A DNA stretch of 64,000 nt from an uncultured Candidatus Saccharibacteria bacterium (GCA_964530555.1 CAZHBD010000002.1:1036-65035); one strand, 5' to 3'. Numbered from the stretch's first letter, positions 37,090 through 47,576 are shown. The notes: generated from the letters alone by a model not told the origin. Numbers and translations are program-made.

Positions 37090-38613
37090 TTAAATATCGT
37101 GCATTAAGGTGATTTGTGCACCAAGACTATTGAGTCGTGCGGCCAGATCTTCATACCCGCGATTGATCGAGTAAACGTTGCGAAGGATTGATGTCCCTGG
37201 CGCGGCCAGCATAGCTATTAGTAGCAGCACGGCAGGTCGTAAAGCAGGCGGGCAGACAATATCGGCAGCACTAAACTTGGTTGGACCATCAACAAACGCG
37301 CGATGAGGATCAGCGAGCGTGACGTTGACATTCAACTTGCGGAGCTCGGTGTAGTACAGGGCGCGCTCTTCGTAGACCCAGTCGTGGATCAGAGTGCGGC
37401 CTTTAGCAACAGCAGCGATTGGCACAAAGTATGGCAAGTTATCGATGTTGAGGCCGGGGAAGGGTCGAGCATAAATTTTCTCATCCAAAGCGGTGAGCGT
37501 GCCGTCGTGTTTATAAACGGTGATGTCGCACAAGTCGGTTTGACCATTGTCGGCTTTGTACCGACTGCTCTGCTTGATCTGTAGTCCCATTTTCTTAAGC
37601 TTAAGTAGCTCCAGCTCGAGAAATTCAATAGGACAGCGTCGAACGGTAATTTGAGAGTTAGTCGTGACGGCTGCAGCGATAAAGGTCATGGATTCGATCG
37701 GGTCTTCGCTCGGTGCATATGTAATGTTCTTTTTGATTTCTTTGACGCCCCGAATTCGTAAGGTGCTTGTGCCGATGCCCTCGACCTTCACTCCTAGACG
37801 CCGTAAGAAAAAGCAAACATCTTGCACCATGTAATTGGCGCTGGCCATCTTAATGACCGTTTCTTCCTCAAATTTCGCAGCCGCCATCAGGAGGTTTTCG
37901 GTCGTTGTGTCGCCAGATTCGTAGAGTACTATCTCGGGTGTGTGCTTTTTGTTGACACTCACGTGGTAGTGGCCGGTTTTGGCAACGATGTTAACGCCGA
38001 GTTCCTCAAGCGCAAATAGATGCGGTTGCACGGTTCGGGTTCCGAGCTTACACCCACCGGCATAGGGAATCTGGAATTCATCAAACAAATGCATGAGCGG
38101 CCCAAGCATCATCAGAACGCTACGTGTTTTGCGGGCAGCTGCCTTATCCATTTTGGCTAGATTAAGGGTGGTTGGTGGCTTAATCTCAAGATCTTGTCCG
38201 GCCCAGCGCACGCTAACACCAATGCTTACTAAGACTTCGATGATGCGATTAACCTCTTCAATCTTGGGCATCAACTTGAGTCGGGTGGTACCCTTATTTA
38301 ATAGCGCCGCGAACAGCAAGGCTACAGCGGCGTTTTTGGACACCTTGGTATCGATCGAACCTTTTAGCTCGTGCCCACCTTCTACACGGAAGTTGAGTGA
38401 AGTGCCAGAAATGCTAATAATTGGTTTGTTGAGTACGTCGCTGATGCGTCCGAGGGTTTCGAGACTGAGGTTTTGCTTGCCGTGCTCAATACGGTTGACG
38501 GCAGACTGACTGGTGTGCAAGAGGTGCGCAAAAGCGGCTTGAGTGAGGCCTCTCTCTTGTCGTATCTGGTAAATTAACTGCCCAATTTTTTCGTTAGTGG
38601 TGGACATAGCCAA
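37090..38613 (-). CDS. murA: HTH(XRE)-domain fused to UDP-N-acetylglucosamine 1-carboxyvinyltransferase (MurA/EPT-fold)
   Basis: The N-terminal region has the XRE-type HTH pattern. The rest is an EPT fold with the YAGGCKLGTRTVQPH active-site region. Confidence 0.7.
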   Translation of the reverse strand: MAMSTTNEKIGQLIYQIRQERGLTQAAFAHLLHTSQSAVNRIEHGKQNLSLETLGRISDVLNKPIISISGTSLNFRVEGGHELKGSIDTKVSKNAAVALLFAALLNKGTTRLKLMPKIEEVNRIIEVLVSIGVSVRWAGQDLEIKPPTTLNLAKMDKAAARKTRSVLMMLGPLMHLFDEFQIPYAGGCKLGTRTVQPHLFALEELGVNIVAKTGHYHVSVNKKHTPEIVLYESGDTTTENLLMAAAKFEEETVIKMASANYMVQDVCFFLRRLGVKVEGIGTSTLRIRGVKEIKKNITYAPSEDPIESMTFIAAAVTTNSQITVRRCPIEFLELELLKLKKMGLQIKQSSRYKADNGQTDLCDITVYKHDGTLTALDEKIYARPFPGLNIDNLPYFVPIAAVAKGRTLIHDWVYEERALYYTELRKLNVNVTLADPHRAFVDGPTKFSAADIVCPPALRPAVLLLIAMLAAPGTSILRNVYSINRGYEDLAARLNSLGAQITLMHDI

Positions 38614-38656
38614 AAATATATACCAAAAAAGGTATCAAATCAATATTGATTCCATA

Positions 38657-40012
38657 TTAATTTTCTGAATTATATTGGAGTTTTTGTCCGTTATCGAGCG
38701 TTGTAACAATAAAGTACTTGGTACAGTCTTTGCCGCTGCAGTTTTCATTCCCATCTTTGGCGGCAGGTACATAGGCGTATTGGCTCCCGTTCTTACCAAT
38801 AAAGCGCCCGTTCGGATCTTTGAAGACATTTAGGCTTGCTCCAGGCATGTTTTTAGACACATACGCTTCTTGACCAACTGCAATATTGCCCCGGCTTGGG
38901 TAGTAGCCATTTTTGTTTTTGTAAATTTCAAGAGCAGTTTTTATTCCTTTCAGATCGGCAAATCTTTCCTTGTCACCATCGGTTGTAGCGTTCTGCGTAG
39001 ATTTATTAAAAAGATGATCATCCACAATCCCATAATCGACTAGACCGAATAAATCGTACGATTTCGACACCTCAATGGTTTTATTGGCAGCAGTAACTTT
39101 GAAGTCTAAGGTTGCGTCTTTGTACGGCCGGCCGCTATAGCTAATCTGAACTATTCTTTTGGTCTTAGGATTTATCCAGATCGAAAAAGGCAAACTATTG
39201 GACATCTGGTTCGCCTGACTGTAGCTAATCAATGATTCGCTAAGAGGGTTTGCGACATTGCCGGATCCAAACAGTGTTACTAGACTTAGAAAATTGTCTC
39301 TGGTTAAGGTAATTTCGTATTTACGAGCCTGAACTCCGTTGACGTTTTCAGTGCCGTCGATCTTCGGCGTTATGTTGTATATATCCGTATTTACTGTTTC
39401 AGGATTAATATTACTCGGTGATTCACCAGACTGTAATAGATAAAAGGGTACCTCAACCCATTTATCCTGAGCATCCTTTAATTTTGCCAGATCAGCCAGT
39501 TTAGCAATCTCTTCGGCAAGCCCGGGCTTACCGATGTTGGTATATTTTTTCGCTAAGTCGACAGAATTTAGTACGTTATTGAGATTTACAAACGACTGAC
39601 CGTTAATATTTCGATAGCTAATGGTTGGGGAAATAATAAAATCAGAAATCGTTAATTCGCTGCTAGAATTGGAGTTTTTGTCTACATCGGCATTGAAGTT
39701 GAAGTCTGGGGCATTATTGTCGCCCTGATCAATCTTGCCGGTAATATGGTAGCCATCTTTTTTGTTAGCAAAATTTTCTAAACCTTTTTTAAATACATTT
39801 TCTGGTTTATTTGGTATGTACACACCAATGACATAGCCAACGGCTCCTAGAGCGAGTAGTAAGACAATGGCTAGGGATATAATTAGTGGCTTTTTAGACT
39901 TTTTAACTCTATTATTCGATTTTAGTATTGGTTCTGAGCTAGAGCTTTTGGTGTCTAGTGATTCTACTTTGTTTTCATTGTTCTGTTGAGTATTTTCTTC
40001 TTTCATAAGCAT
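38657..40012 (-). CDS. membrane-anchored extracellular hypothetical protein
   Basis: Charged N-terminus plus a single TM helix. Asn-rich extracellular region with a Cys-containing C-terminus. Confidence 0.45.
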   Translation of the reverse strand: MLMKEENTQQNNENKVESLDTKSSSSEPILKSNNRVKKSKKPLIISLAIVLLLALGAVGYVIGVYIPNKPENVFKKGLENFANKKDGYHITGKIDQGDNNAPDFNFNADVDKNSNSSSELTISDFIISPTISYRNINGQSFVNLNNVLNSVDLAKKYTNIGKPGLAEEIAKLADLAKLKDAQDKWVEVPFYLLQSGESPSNINPETVNTDIYNITPKIDGTENVNGVQARKYEITLTRDNFLSLVTLFGSGNVANPLSESLISYSQANQMSNSLPFSIWINPKTKRIVQISYSGRPYKDATLDFKVTAANKTIEVSKSYDLFGLVDYGIVDDHLFNKSTQNATTDGDKERFADLKGIKTALEIYKNKNGYYPSRGNIAVGQEAYVSKNMPGASLNVFKDPNGRFIGKNGSQYAYVPAAKDGNENCSGKDCTKYFIVTTLDNGQKLQYNSEN

Positions 40013-40155
40013 AAGTGTAACAGCTCCAGATGTTTTCTTCTACTCAGTCATCCTGGTACCAGTCGATAAAATCCGTTAGTCTATATATATGATATAGCTA
40101 TTCATTTCGGCGTCTAACCTAGATAAACGAATAAATAGCTAATTGGAGGGAAAGA

Positions 40156-41415
40156 ATGAAAGATACGGTAATTGCTAAACTAATCAAGGCTGAGACCGAG
40201 CGCCAGTTGCGGGGGCTCGAGATGATTCCCAGCGAAAACCACACATCGGCTGATGTTTTAACGGCCCTAGGTTCACGATTAACCGACAAATACTCCGAAG
40301 GTTATCCGGGGGAACGTTACTACGGTGGCTGCGAAGTGGTGGACCAGGTGGAAAATTTGGCTCGCGATCGTGCCAAGCAGCTATTTGGTTGCACACATGC
40401 GAATGTGCAGGCCTACTCTGGTAGCCCGGCAAACCAGGCGATTTACTTTGCCTTGCTTGATCCAGGCGACACTGTTATGGGCATGAGTTTGTTCTATGGT
40501 GGGCACATGACTCACGGGCTGAAGGTTAACTTTTCAGGCACAACCTATCGCTCGGTGCAGTACACCACCGACAAAGATGGTTTTATGGATTACGATGCTA
40601 TCGCTGAGCTGGCACACAAAGAAAAACCAAAGCTGATTATTGCGGGCACCACCGCCTATCCCCGGATTATCGACTGGAAAAAACTACGCAAAATCGCCGA
40701 CTCAGTCGGGGCATTTTTGGCAGCGGATATTTCACACATCTCTGGGTTAGTGATTGCTGGTGTGCACCCTTCGCCCATCGGTATTGTCGATATAACCATG
40801 ACGACGACACACAAGACCTTACGTGGGCCGCGGGGCGCGCTGTTGCTGTGCAATGGCAATCCATCGAATCCATTGCGTAAGCCGGAACGTACAGTAGAGA
40901 ATATGCCGTCGCTCATCGATCGCGCTATTATCCCAGGTCTGCAAGGCGGTCCGCATAATCATCAGACTGCTGCAATTGCTGTTGCGCTGGGTGAAGCCTT
41001 GCAGCCATCTTTCAAAGAATACGGGAAACAGATCGCCAAAAACGCGCAGGTGCTGGCCAAAGAACTGAGTAGTCGCGGCTTTGAGCTGGTTACTGGGGGC
41101 ACCGATAACCATCTGATGGTAATAAATCTTGCCAACAAAAATATCAGCGGCAAACAGGGCGAAGTTGCGCTTGGCAAAGCTGGCATCACGGTCAATAAGA
41201 ATACCGTTCCGTTCGATCCTCGTACGCCATATGACCCAAGTGGCATACGTCTTGGGACCCCTGCCCTGACGACTCGTGGTATGAAAGAGAAGGAGATGCT
41301 GCAAGTTGCCGACTGGATCACGCAAGCTATTGCGGCGCACAACGACGACAAAAAACTTGCCACTATTCATAAGCAGATTACTGAATTTGCGCTTGATTAT
41401 CCATTGCCGAGTTAA
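40156..41415 (+). CDS. glyA: serine hydroxymethyltransferase
   Basis: IPSENHTS, the PLP-lysine motif TTTHKTLRGPRG and full-length SHMT pattern. A GGAGGG RBS is upstream. Confidence 0.92.
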   Translation: MKDTVIAKLIKAETERQLRGLEMIPSENHTSADVLTALGSRLTDKYSEGYPGERYYGGCEVVDQVENLARDRAKQLFGCTHANVQAYSGSPANQAIYFALLDPGDTVMGMSLFYGGHMTHGLKVNFSGTTYRSVQYTTDKDGFMDYDAIAELAHKEKPKLIIAGTTAYPRIIDWKKLRKIADSVGAFLAADISHISGLVIAGVHPSPIGIVDITMTTTHKTLRGPRGALLLCNGNPSNPLRKPERTVENMPSLIDRAIIPGLQGGPHNHQTAAIAVALGEALQPSFKEYGKQIAKNAQVLAKELSSRGFELVTGGTDNHLMVINLANKNISGKQGEVALGKAGITVNKNTVPFDPRTPYDPSGIRLGTPALTTRGMKEKEMLQVADWITQAIAAHNDDKKLATIHKQITEFALDYPLPS

Positions 41416-42320
41416 ATTTCGGGGATTGGCTCAAAGCGAATGACTGGATGGTGCTCGGCGAGCTCGCGTGCTTGGCTTTCGAAGTCATCTAGGATGATGC
41501 GGGCTAGTTGGGCACGAACTTTATCCAGCGTTGGTTTATCGGACAAGAAGTTATAACCCATATTGCCAAAACCAAAGATAATGGCTCCCATACGCAAGAT
41601 CATCTGCGGAGTAGGTGGTAAGGCATTGGCTGCGTCGGCACCAATATTCAGGCCATGCACGGCAATAACACCGATCGAACGACCAAAACTTTTTTTGTCC
41701 CGGTCTGTTTTGATATCGTGAAATGTTTCTTCGGCTTCTTCTTCGAAGCTCGCAGCGTCGCGCAAAGCATTCATGGTCAGGATGCTTTGCCAAACAGCCG
41801 TGTTGATTTCCTCTAGCTCTTTGCGACGTCTCCGTTCGCTCAACTCGGGAGCGGGATCGATTTCTACTTCTGTGGCGGCAATTCCTTCGTGTATCTCATC
41901 TGTGCTGCCTATTTCTTCGAATCCACCATCTTCGGCCATTGAGCCAAAATTGACTTCGGTTTCATCGCCAAAGTCACCGGTTCCAATCACAATCTGACCA
42001 GCATGCTCAATATTGGCGTGAATACAGCCCTGAGTGAGTGCTTCGGGATCGATGACAACCCCTAAGCTGGTCTGTGGTCGGCCGAGGCGTGTATCGAGTA
42101 GTTTCTCGATATAGACATCGGGCACTTCGATGCCATGTTCTTTTGCCAGCTCGGTATAGACGCGTGGCACGGGCACAAGACGAGCGTCGTCCATGTCTTC
42201 AGCGTGTGCAGCGCCGATCAAGGCCTCGGCATGTCTGAGGGGCATCGGGGTTAGGGCGTGTACCTCTGTCAGTGCCTCTTGACGAGCGGCGGCAAAACCT
42301 CCGGTGGTTTGGTCAATCAT
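41412..42320 (-). CDS. hypothetical acidic protein
   Basis: 302 aa with no recognisable motif. Confidence 0.45.
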   Translation of the reverse strand: MIDQTTGGFAAARQEALTEVHALTPMPLRHAEALIGAAHAEDMDDARLVPVPRVYTELAKEHGIEVPDVYIEKLLDTRLGRPQTSLGVVIDPEALTQGCIHANIEHAGQIVIGTGDFGDETEVNFGSMAEDGGFEEIGSTDEIHEGIAATEVEIDPAPELSERRRRKELEEINTAVWQSILTMNALRDAASFEEEAEETFHDIKTDRDKKSFGRSIGVIAVHGLNIGADAANALPPTPQMILRMGAIIFGFGNMGYNFLSDKPTLDKVRAQLARIILDDFESQARELAEHHPVIRFEPIPEI

Positions 42321-42381
42321 TGCACCATATTATCATAGCCTGTCAAAAACCGCAGCTTGATTGCTCAGAGCTAACCAATCC

Positions 42382-42909
42382 TTAGCTTGGGAGAACCCGG
42401 AAGGGGTAGGATAGAGCAGGATCGGCCGGTATGTCTTTGATGAGACGAGGCGTTACCTCCCCTTTCATGAGCTCGCGTATATCTTGATGAACACCGTAAC
42501 GAAAAACTCCTAGGCTCCGCTCGATATCACTTGGCAAGAGGATTCCGCGTTGCCGTGCTAAGGGCAAAATCATGCTCGCCACACTATTCTCAAAAACTGC
42601 TCGTCCCAGACTGGTTACAAGATGCACACTGCGCAAGCGATTTTCATCTCCTAACAGCGCATCAAGCAGGTCAATGGTTTCCAGTGTGCTATGCCCAGCC
42701 TGAGACAAATTGTCAGTAGCTTCTTCAACTCTGCAAAAGTACCCAAAAGACTGAAAGTGGGCATAATCAAAATTGTCAGGCGTGGGAGAGAGGCCGAGTT
42801 GCGTAAGGGCTGCGAAGAGTGTTTGCCGGGGCTCGATAAGTGGTTCCAGCAGTTGCTCAGATGGATAAGGTGGCTGTGTCTCGCCTATGTGGTCGCTCGG
42901 CAATGCCAT
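42382..42909 (-). CDS. hypothetical protein
   Basis: 175 aa with no recognisable motif. Confidence 0.4.
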   Translation of the reverse strand: MALPSDHIGETQPPYPSEQLLEPLIEPRQTLFAALTQLGLSPTPDNFDYAHFQSFGYFCRVEEATDNLSQAGHSTLETIDLLDALLGDENRLRSVHLVTSLGRAVFENSVASMILPLARQRGILLPSDIERSLGVFRYGVHQDIRELMKGEVTPRLIKDIPADPALSYPFRVLPS

Positions 42910-42970
42910 AGGGCAATTGTATGCTTACATTATTCGGCAGACAATAAATAATGTAAAAACCACAAAAGAA

Positions 42971-43393
42971 TCATCGAATCTTACGGCGAACAAACTTCAA
43001 TCCACTCCACGTATCATCAATAGCGCAAACCTTGATGTCTACCCAGCCACGCGGTAGGATCAAATTACGAAAAGTCTGCTCCGTTAGGTCAGATGGCACT
43101 CCGCTGGCTTTTTTTGGCCAACTAACCCACAAACCTTTCGAACTTGTCTCCAAATCGTGAGTTTCTAGCCACTTGCTCACTTCGGTTTCAGATGTAAAAA
43201 ACGTGTGTGTCCAGTCCGGGCTTTGTCCGTTGAGTATGATCCTGCCATCGTGAAGTAAGTCCGCGAACCACTCAGGTGCGTGTAATAAAACAACGCACTG
43301 GCCGGGCTGGTAGCCAAGCTTTTTCAGTAACGGCGTTTCAGTTAGTCCACTCATGACCACCAGCGAACTATAATCAGAATAAAGGCGATACAA
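42971..43393 (-). CDS. hypothetical protein
   Basis: 140 aa with no recognisable motif. Confidence 0.4.
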   Translation of the reverse strand: MYRLYSDYSSLVVMSGLTETPLLKKLGYQPGQCVVLLHAPEWFADLLHDGRIILNGQSPDWTHTFFTSETEVSKWLETHDLETSSKGLWVSWPKKASGVPSDLTEQTFRNLILPRGWVDIKVCAIDDTWSGLKFVRRKIR

Positions 43394-43575
43394 CTCAGTG
43401 GCAGTGACAATAACCAGAGGGACAAGAACACTAGGGTGCGTGTTTTGAGCCGGCGCTCATGGGCTTCGCCGAAAAATAACTTACCGCTCAAGATATAGTG
43501 TCGAATGCTTCGTTTGGCTTCGAGCAACATCAGTGCGGGCAGAAGGATAAAAAACCATAAGAGTATGTCCATCAT
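43351..43575 (-). CDS. small membrane protein
   Basis: 74 aa with two hydrophobic helices. Overlaps both neighbouring genes. Confidence 0.3.
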   Translation of the reverse strand: MMDILLWFFILLPALMLLEAKRSIRHYILSGKLFFGEAHERRLKTRTLVFLSLWLLSLPLSCIAFILIIVRWWS

Positions 43576-44609
43576 CGTACAAGCTCGGGTTCCTGTTCTA
43601 GGGTGATATCGAACTTGCGCTCCACGTCGTGAATAATAGCGTTTCGAAATGCTAACAAGTCGGCAGTTGAGCTGGCCGAGCGGTTAACTAACACGAGCGG
43701 TTGCTGGGGCCAGGTGGCCATGCCGGTTTTTGGATCGTGTTTGTCTCTGTAGCCTGCTTGTTCAATAAGCCATGCAGCCGAAATTTTGACACGATTATCA
43801 GGCATCGCCCAGTGCGGTATCTCCGGATATGCTTTTTGTAGCCCTGCAAAAAATGACTGAGAAACAATCGGATTGGCAAAAAATGAACCATTGTTGGCAA
43901 CTTTTTTTGGGTCGGGAAGTTTTTTGGTCCGTATGGCAATCACGGCTTCTCGCAAGGTCTTGGGCGTCACCACACGGGTGCCCTGAGTGCGTAAGTATTG
44001 AGCAACAGCCGGGTAGTAAGGTGGTCGAGGGTTGATATGACGCAGCTGGAAGGTCAGCTGCACGATAATAAATCGGCCCCTATCTTTCGTTTTAAAGCGA
44101 CTAGTCCGATAACCAAAGCTACATTTGTCTGCCGGAATGGTAATGAATTGATGCGTTTTGGTGTCAAAAACCTCCACCCCTACCAGTGTTTGGGCAATTT
44201 CTTGGCCATAAGCACCGACGTTTTGCACTGGGGTGGCTCCAGCTGTGCCTGGGATGAGACTCAGGGCTTCAATGCCGTGGAGACCAGCATCAACGGTGCG
44301 CTGTACCACGCTGTCCCAGTCTTCTCCGGCACCTACCGTAACGTAACTTATCTCTTTGCTTTCATTTTGAACTCTAAAGCCAGCGATGGCGTTGACAATG
44401 ATTAGTCCATCAAAGCCTTTGTCGCCCCACACAATGTTGCTGCCACCACCGATCGCCTTGTAGGATAGCCGCTCTTTTTCGGCCCAGTCTATTGCACTAG
44501 CAAGCTCATGCTTGTCATGAACCGTTACTAAGTGCTTGGCCGGCCCACCCAGCCGCATAGTAGAGTGATCTTTGAGAGAGACATTATGTTGAATGCGCAT
44601 CATAAGCAT
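43572..44609 (-). CDS. murB: UDP-N-acetylenolpyruvoylglucosamine reductase
   Basis: FAD-binding motif (AIGGGSNIVWGD) and MurB C-terminal domain. Start trimmed to an internal Met (MLMMRIQHN). Confidence 0.8.
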   Translation of the reverse strand: MLMMRIQHNVSLKDHSTMRLGGPAKHLVTVHDKHELASAIDWAEKERLSYKAIGGGSNIVWGDKGFDGLIIVNAIAGFRVQNESKEISYVTVGAGEDWDSVVQRTVDAGLHGIEALSLIPGTAGATPVQNVGAYGQEIAQTLVGVEVFDTKTHQFITIPADKCSFGYRTSRFKTKDRGRFIIVQLTFQLRHINPRPPYYPAVAQYLRTQGTRVVTPKTLREAVIAIRTKKLPDPKKVANNGSFFANPIVSQSFFAGLQKAYPEIPHWAMPDNRVKISAAWLIEQAGYRDKHDPKTGMATWPQQPLVLVNRSASSTADLLAFRNAIIHDVERKFDITLEQEPELVR

Positions 44610-44663
44610 TATACGGTAAAACTTGTGCTTGCACTGACTTACAGATGGGGCTACCATGGTTTT

Positions 44664-45227
44664 ATGAGTGATGAGCGAGTGAGCGGAAAACCGTTTAAAC
44701 AGCTGGGCACGACCCTGCGACGTGTTCGTGAATCAAAAAATCAAAGTCTTGCCGAAGTTTCAGGTGCGGTAGAAATTGAGCCAGATTCTCTTGAACAATT
44801 TGAGGCTGGCATTAGCCGTCCGAGTGAAGATATTTTGCTGTTGATGATTAGCCACTTTAACCTGCAGGACGAAGAAGCGACCAAGCTGTGGGAGCTCGCG
44901 GGATATAGTGATCAAAAAGGGGAGGCCAGCAGTACTACCCAGGAAACAGCGCAGCAGATTGCTTTGGCCCCACCGGCAGACATGCGAGTTATTTACACAG
45001 ACCTAGTTCATGTTTTGGTGAACGATTATGGAGTAATCATCAACTTTTTGCAGGGTGCCGGGCCGAATAACCAGCCACTTGCTGTCTCGCGCGTCGGTAT
45101 GAGTCGGGAACATGCCGAAAGCCTGCTGGATGTTCTGCAAAAAACCCTACAGCAACATGTTACGAAGCGACCCAAAAGTCTCCCACCCAACCAGCAGTCG
45201 AACCAAGATAAAACACAAGCTCAGTAG
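44664..45227 (+). CDS. HTH (XRE-like) domain protein
   Basis: N-terminal helix-turn-helix pattern (LRRVRESKNQSLAEVSGAV). Start trimmed to MSDERV. Confidence 0.45.
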   Translation: MSDERVSGKPFKQLGTTLRRVRESKNQSLAEVSGAVEIEPDSLEQFEAGISRPSEDILLLMISHFNLQDEEATKLWELAGYSDQKGEASSTTQETAQQIALAPPADMRVIYTDLVHVLVNDYGVIINFLQGAGPNNQPLAVSRVGMSREHAESLLDVLQKTLQQHVTKRPKSLPPNQQSNQDKTQAQ

Positions 45228-45250
45228 TTTTAGCAGGGCCAGATGCTGAT

Positions 45251-45796
45251 ATGTCGGTGCTAGAGTTTCTTTCCCAGGACGCGGTGACGGTTGCTCAGGA
45301 GCTGCTGGGATGGCGACTTTACTCTCACGCAGCTGACGGCACAGTAACTGGGGGCCGCATTATCGAAACCGAGGCCTACAACCAGGATGACGCCGCTAGC
45401 CATAGTTACCGTGGTAAAACTCCGCGGACCGAAGTAATGTTTGGCCCCTCTGGCCGTGTGTATATCTACTTTACGTATGGTATGCACTGGTGCATGAATA
45501 TCGTTGTGGGGCCCAGCGGGCGTGGCGAAGCCGTATTTATTCGGGCAATTGAGTTGGATCAGGGCAGAGAACTCGCACGTAGTCGGCGGGGTCACCGACC
45601 CGACAGCCAGCTGACCAATGGCCCAGCAAAAATCTGTGAGGCTCTGGGTATCACTGGCGCTGATAATGGCGCGGTAATTGGTGGACAACGGTTTGAACTA
45701 CTCCCGCCAGATCAACCACTAGGTGCAATACATCGCACAGAGCGCATTGGTATCAGCCAAGATACCCATCGTCTATGGCGTTTCGTGATGCAGTAA
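45251..45796 (+). CDS. DNA-3-methyladenine glycosylase (MPG/AAG family)
   Basis: IIETEAY…GKTPRTEVMFGPSGRVYIYFTYGMHWCMNIV matches the AAG-family core. Confidence 0.8.
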   Translation: MSVLEFLSQDAVTVAQELLGWRLYSHAADGTVTGGRIIETEAYNQDDAASHSYRGKTPRTEVMFGPSGRVYIYFTYGMHWCMNIVVGPSGRGEAVFIRAIELDQGRELARSRRGHRPDSQLTNGPAKICEALGITGADNGAVIGGQRFELLPPDQPLGAIHRTERIGISQDTHRLWRFVMQ

Positions 45797-45812
45797 ATGC
45801 TATACTGCAACA

Positions 45813-46205
45813 ATGAACGATGCTTTTCGTAAGTTTGCCCAAAAAGTCTCCAGTGTTGTTGGCTCAGCGCCGACCTTTGCTGTCGCCTTGCTGGTCATCG
45901 TGGTCTGGGCCTGTACCGGTCCCATCTTCCATTTTTCGGACACTTGGCAGCTCATTATCAATACTGGTACTACCATTGTGACGTTCCTGATGGTGTTCCT
46001 GATTCAAAACACACAGAACCGCGATGCTCGTGCCATGCACCTCAAATTGGACGAGCTGATTGACAGTATTAAGGGTGCGTCAGATTCCTACATTGACCTC
46101 GAAGATCTGAGCGACGAAGACTTAGACCGCCTGCATAATCATTTTCAGGCGATGCATGATCGGATCGAAGCCAAGCGCAAAAAGCGCCAGCAGCTCAAGG
46201 GTTAG
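45813..46205 (+). CDS. low-affinity iron permease family (short bacterial form) membrane protein
   Basis: GFSDTWQLIINTGTTIVTFLMVFLIQNTQNRD signature. Confidence 0.6.
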   Translation: MNDAFRKFAQKVSSVVGSAPTFAVALLVIVVWACTGPIFHFSDTWQLIINTGTTIVTFLMVFLIQNTQNRDARAMHLKLDELIDSIKGASDSYIDLEDLSDEDLDRLHNHFQAMHDRIEAKRKKRQQLKG

Positions 46206-46368
46206 TGAAGTCTTCCAGCATTCTAGCTGCCCACCAGCCGGCAATTGCGCCAAACAGCCCGCCAACGATGCCCCATAGTGAGAATATGCCAGCGTACCAC
46301 AGGCTGGGGATCCAACCACCAATTGCTGAGCCGATGCTGATGAGTGACCAAAAAACAAACTTTTGCAT
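46195..46368 (-). CDS. possible 57-aa Gly-zipper membrane peptide
   Basis: Reads MQKFVFWSLISIGSAIGGWIPSLWYAGIFSLWGIVGGLFGAIAGWWAARMLEDFTNP. No obvious RBS. Not in the ORF track because it is under 60 aa. Confidence 0.25.
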   Translation of the reverse strand: MQKFVFWSLISIGSAIGGWIPSLWYAGIFSLWGIVGGLFGAIAGWWAARMLEDFTNP

Positions 46369-46424
46369 ATGCCTATTGTAACCTACTCAAACCCCCGCTA
46401 AGGTGTTATAATTTGTCTCATTCA

Positions 46425-46501
46425 GCACCGGTAGCTCAGCGGATTAGAGCATCTGTCTTCGGAACAGAGGGTCGGGGGTTCGAATCCCTCCCGGTGTACC
46501 A
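46425..46501 (+). tRNA. tRNA-Arg (anticodon TCG)
   Basis: Anticodon loop CTTCGGA, T-loop GGTTCGAATCC and an encoded CCA. A GTTATAAT -10 box lies 11 nt upstream. Confidence 0.85.
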
Positions 46502-46508
46502 CGAAAAC

Positions 46509-46535
46509 GCCTCGGCCACTCGCCGGGGCTTTTTC
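46509..46535 (+). terminator. hairpin GCCTCGGC-CACTC-GCCGGGGC + TTTTT after tRNA-Arg
   Basis: An 8-bp stem (one G-U pair) followed by a T-run. Confidence 0.55.
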
Positions 46536-46600
46536 GTGTCCGTGGGTTCGAACATCCGACGCCAAGGGTTGCTAAGAGGTGCTAGCGGGAAAAAACTCTC

Positions 46601-46984
46601 ATGCTTGCTATTGTTCATTGCGCCTGCTTGAATAATTGTATGATTGAAATTGATGGCGTCCGAAACGAACTGCACAGGCCTTGCACTGAAGCCGGTGATT
46701 ATATCTCTGACAATTATAGGGATCTGATTGATCTTAGCACCAGCCCTGATCGAACTGCTGTGCCAAATGTCGTACGGATTGCGAGTCTCGTTCGTCGTTT
46801 GAATCGCAATTTGGCGACAACCTCGGCTATTTTGGTTGGCACAGAGCTTGACCCTATATATGAAGACGTAATTTCTCAGCTGAATGAAATCAATGCAGAC
46901 CTCCCTGTTGATGCACTACATCCACTCGTCAGAGACGAATCACGCTTCACAGATTATTCGGGCTCATATCGGTGGGCTAGCTAA
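46601..46984 (+). CDS. hypothetical protein
   Basis: 127 aa immediately downstream of the tRNA. No recognisable motif. Confidence 0.3.
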   Translation: MLAIVHCACLNNCMIEIDGVRNELHRPCTEAGDYISDNYRDLIDLSTSPDRTAVPNVVRIASLVRRLNRNLATTSAILVGTELDPIYEDVISQLNEINADLPVDALHPLVRDESRFTDYSGSYRWAS

Positions 46985-47045
46985 AGCGGCTGAATTCACC
47001 CCGCCTACTACAAGCCCTGTAGTTGACGTTTGCTATAGTTAGAAC

Positions 47046-47483
47046 ATGAGCGACCAACAAGCCCGCGTTGGGGTAGGGGTGTTTGTGATCAAGGATGGAA
47101 CATTTTTGGCGTTGCAGCGCAAAGGTTCACACGGGCCAGGAACGTGGTCCGTACCAGGCGGACATCAAGAGTTTGGTGAATCGTTTGAAGAAACGGCGAA
47201 GCGCGAGATTGCCGAAGAAGTCGGGCTTACCATTCGCAATATCCGTTTTGGAGCCATCACCAACGACTATTTCAAGGACGAAGGCAAGCACTATGTAACC
47301 ATCTGGATGCTGTCCGATTGGGTGAGCGGAGAGGCTAAAATACTTGAGCCAGAAAAGTGTCAGGCCATTGCCTGGGTGAAGTTTGATGATTTACCATCTC
47401 CGCGGTTTGTGCCTTGGGAAAGCATGCAGCAATCACCTTTTGCACGCAGCATACGCGCTGCAATAAACAGCAGCAAGCTATAG
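47046..47483 (+). CDS. NUDIX hydrolase
   Basis: Nudix box GGHQEFGESFEETAKREIAEEVGL. Confidence 0.75.
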   Translation: MSDQQARVGVGVFVIKDGTFLALQRKGSHGPGTWSVPGGHQEFGESFEETAKREIAEEVGLTIRNIRFGAITNDYFKDEGKHYVTIWMLSDWVSGEAKILEPEKCQAIAWVKFDDLPSPRFVPWESMQQSPFARSIRAAINSSKL

Positions 47484-47576
47484 CAGAACTGGCACTCTTG
47501 ACATGCGAGTGCCAGTTTCCTATAGTGAAAGTGTTGCCCTTTGCAACAGCAACATAGAACAAAAAGGAGGTTTGTT

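Noticed and set aside
46122..46358. 78-aa minus-strand ORF downstream of the iron-permease-like gene
   Set aside because: It overlaps the 3' end of the plus-strand gene in a low-complexity frame. A different-frame 57-aa Gly-zipper ORF (46195..46368) looks more protein-like but is also of low confidence.
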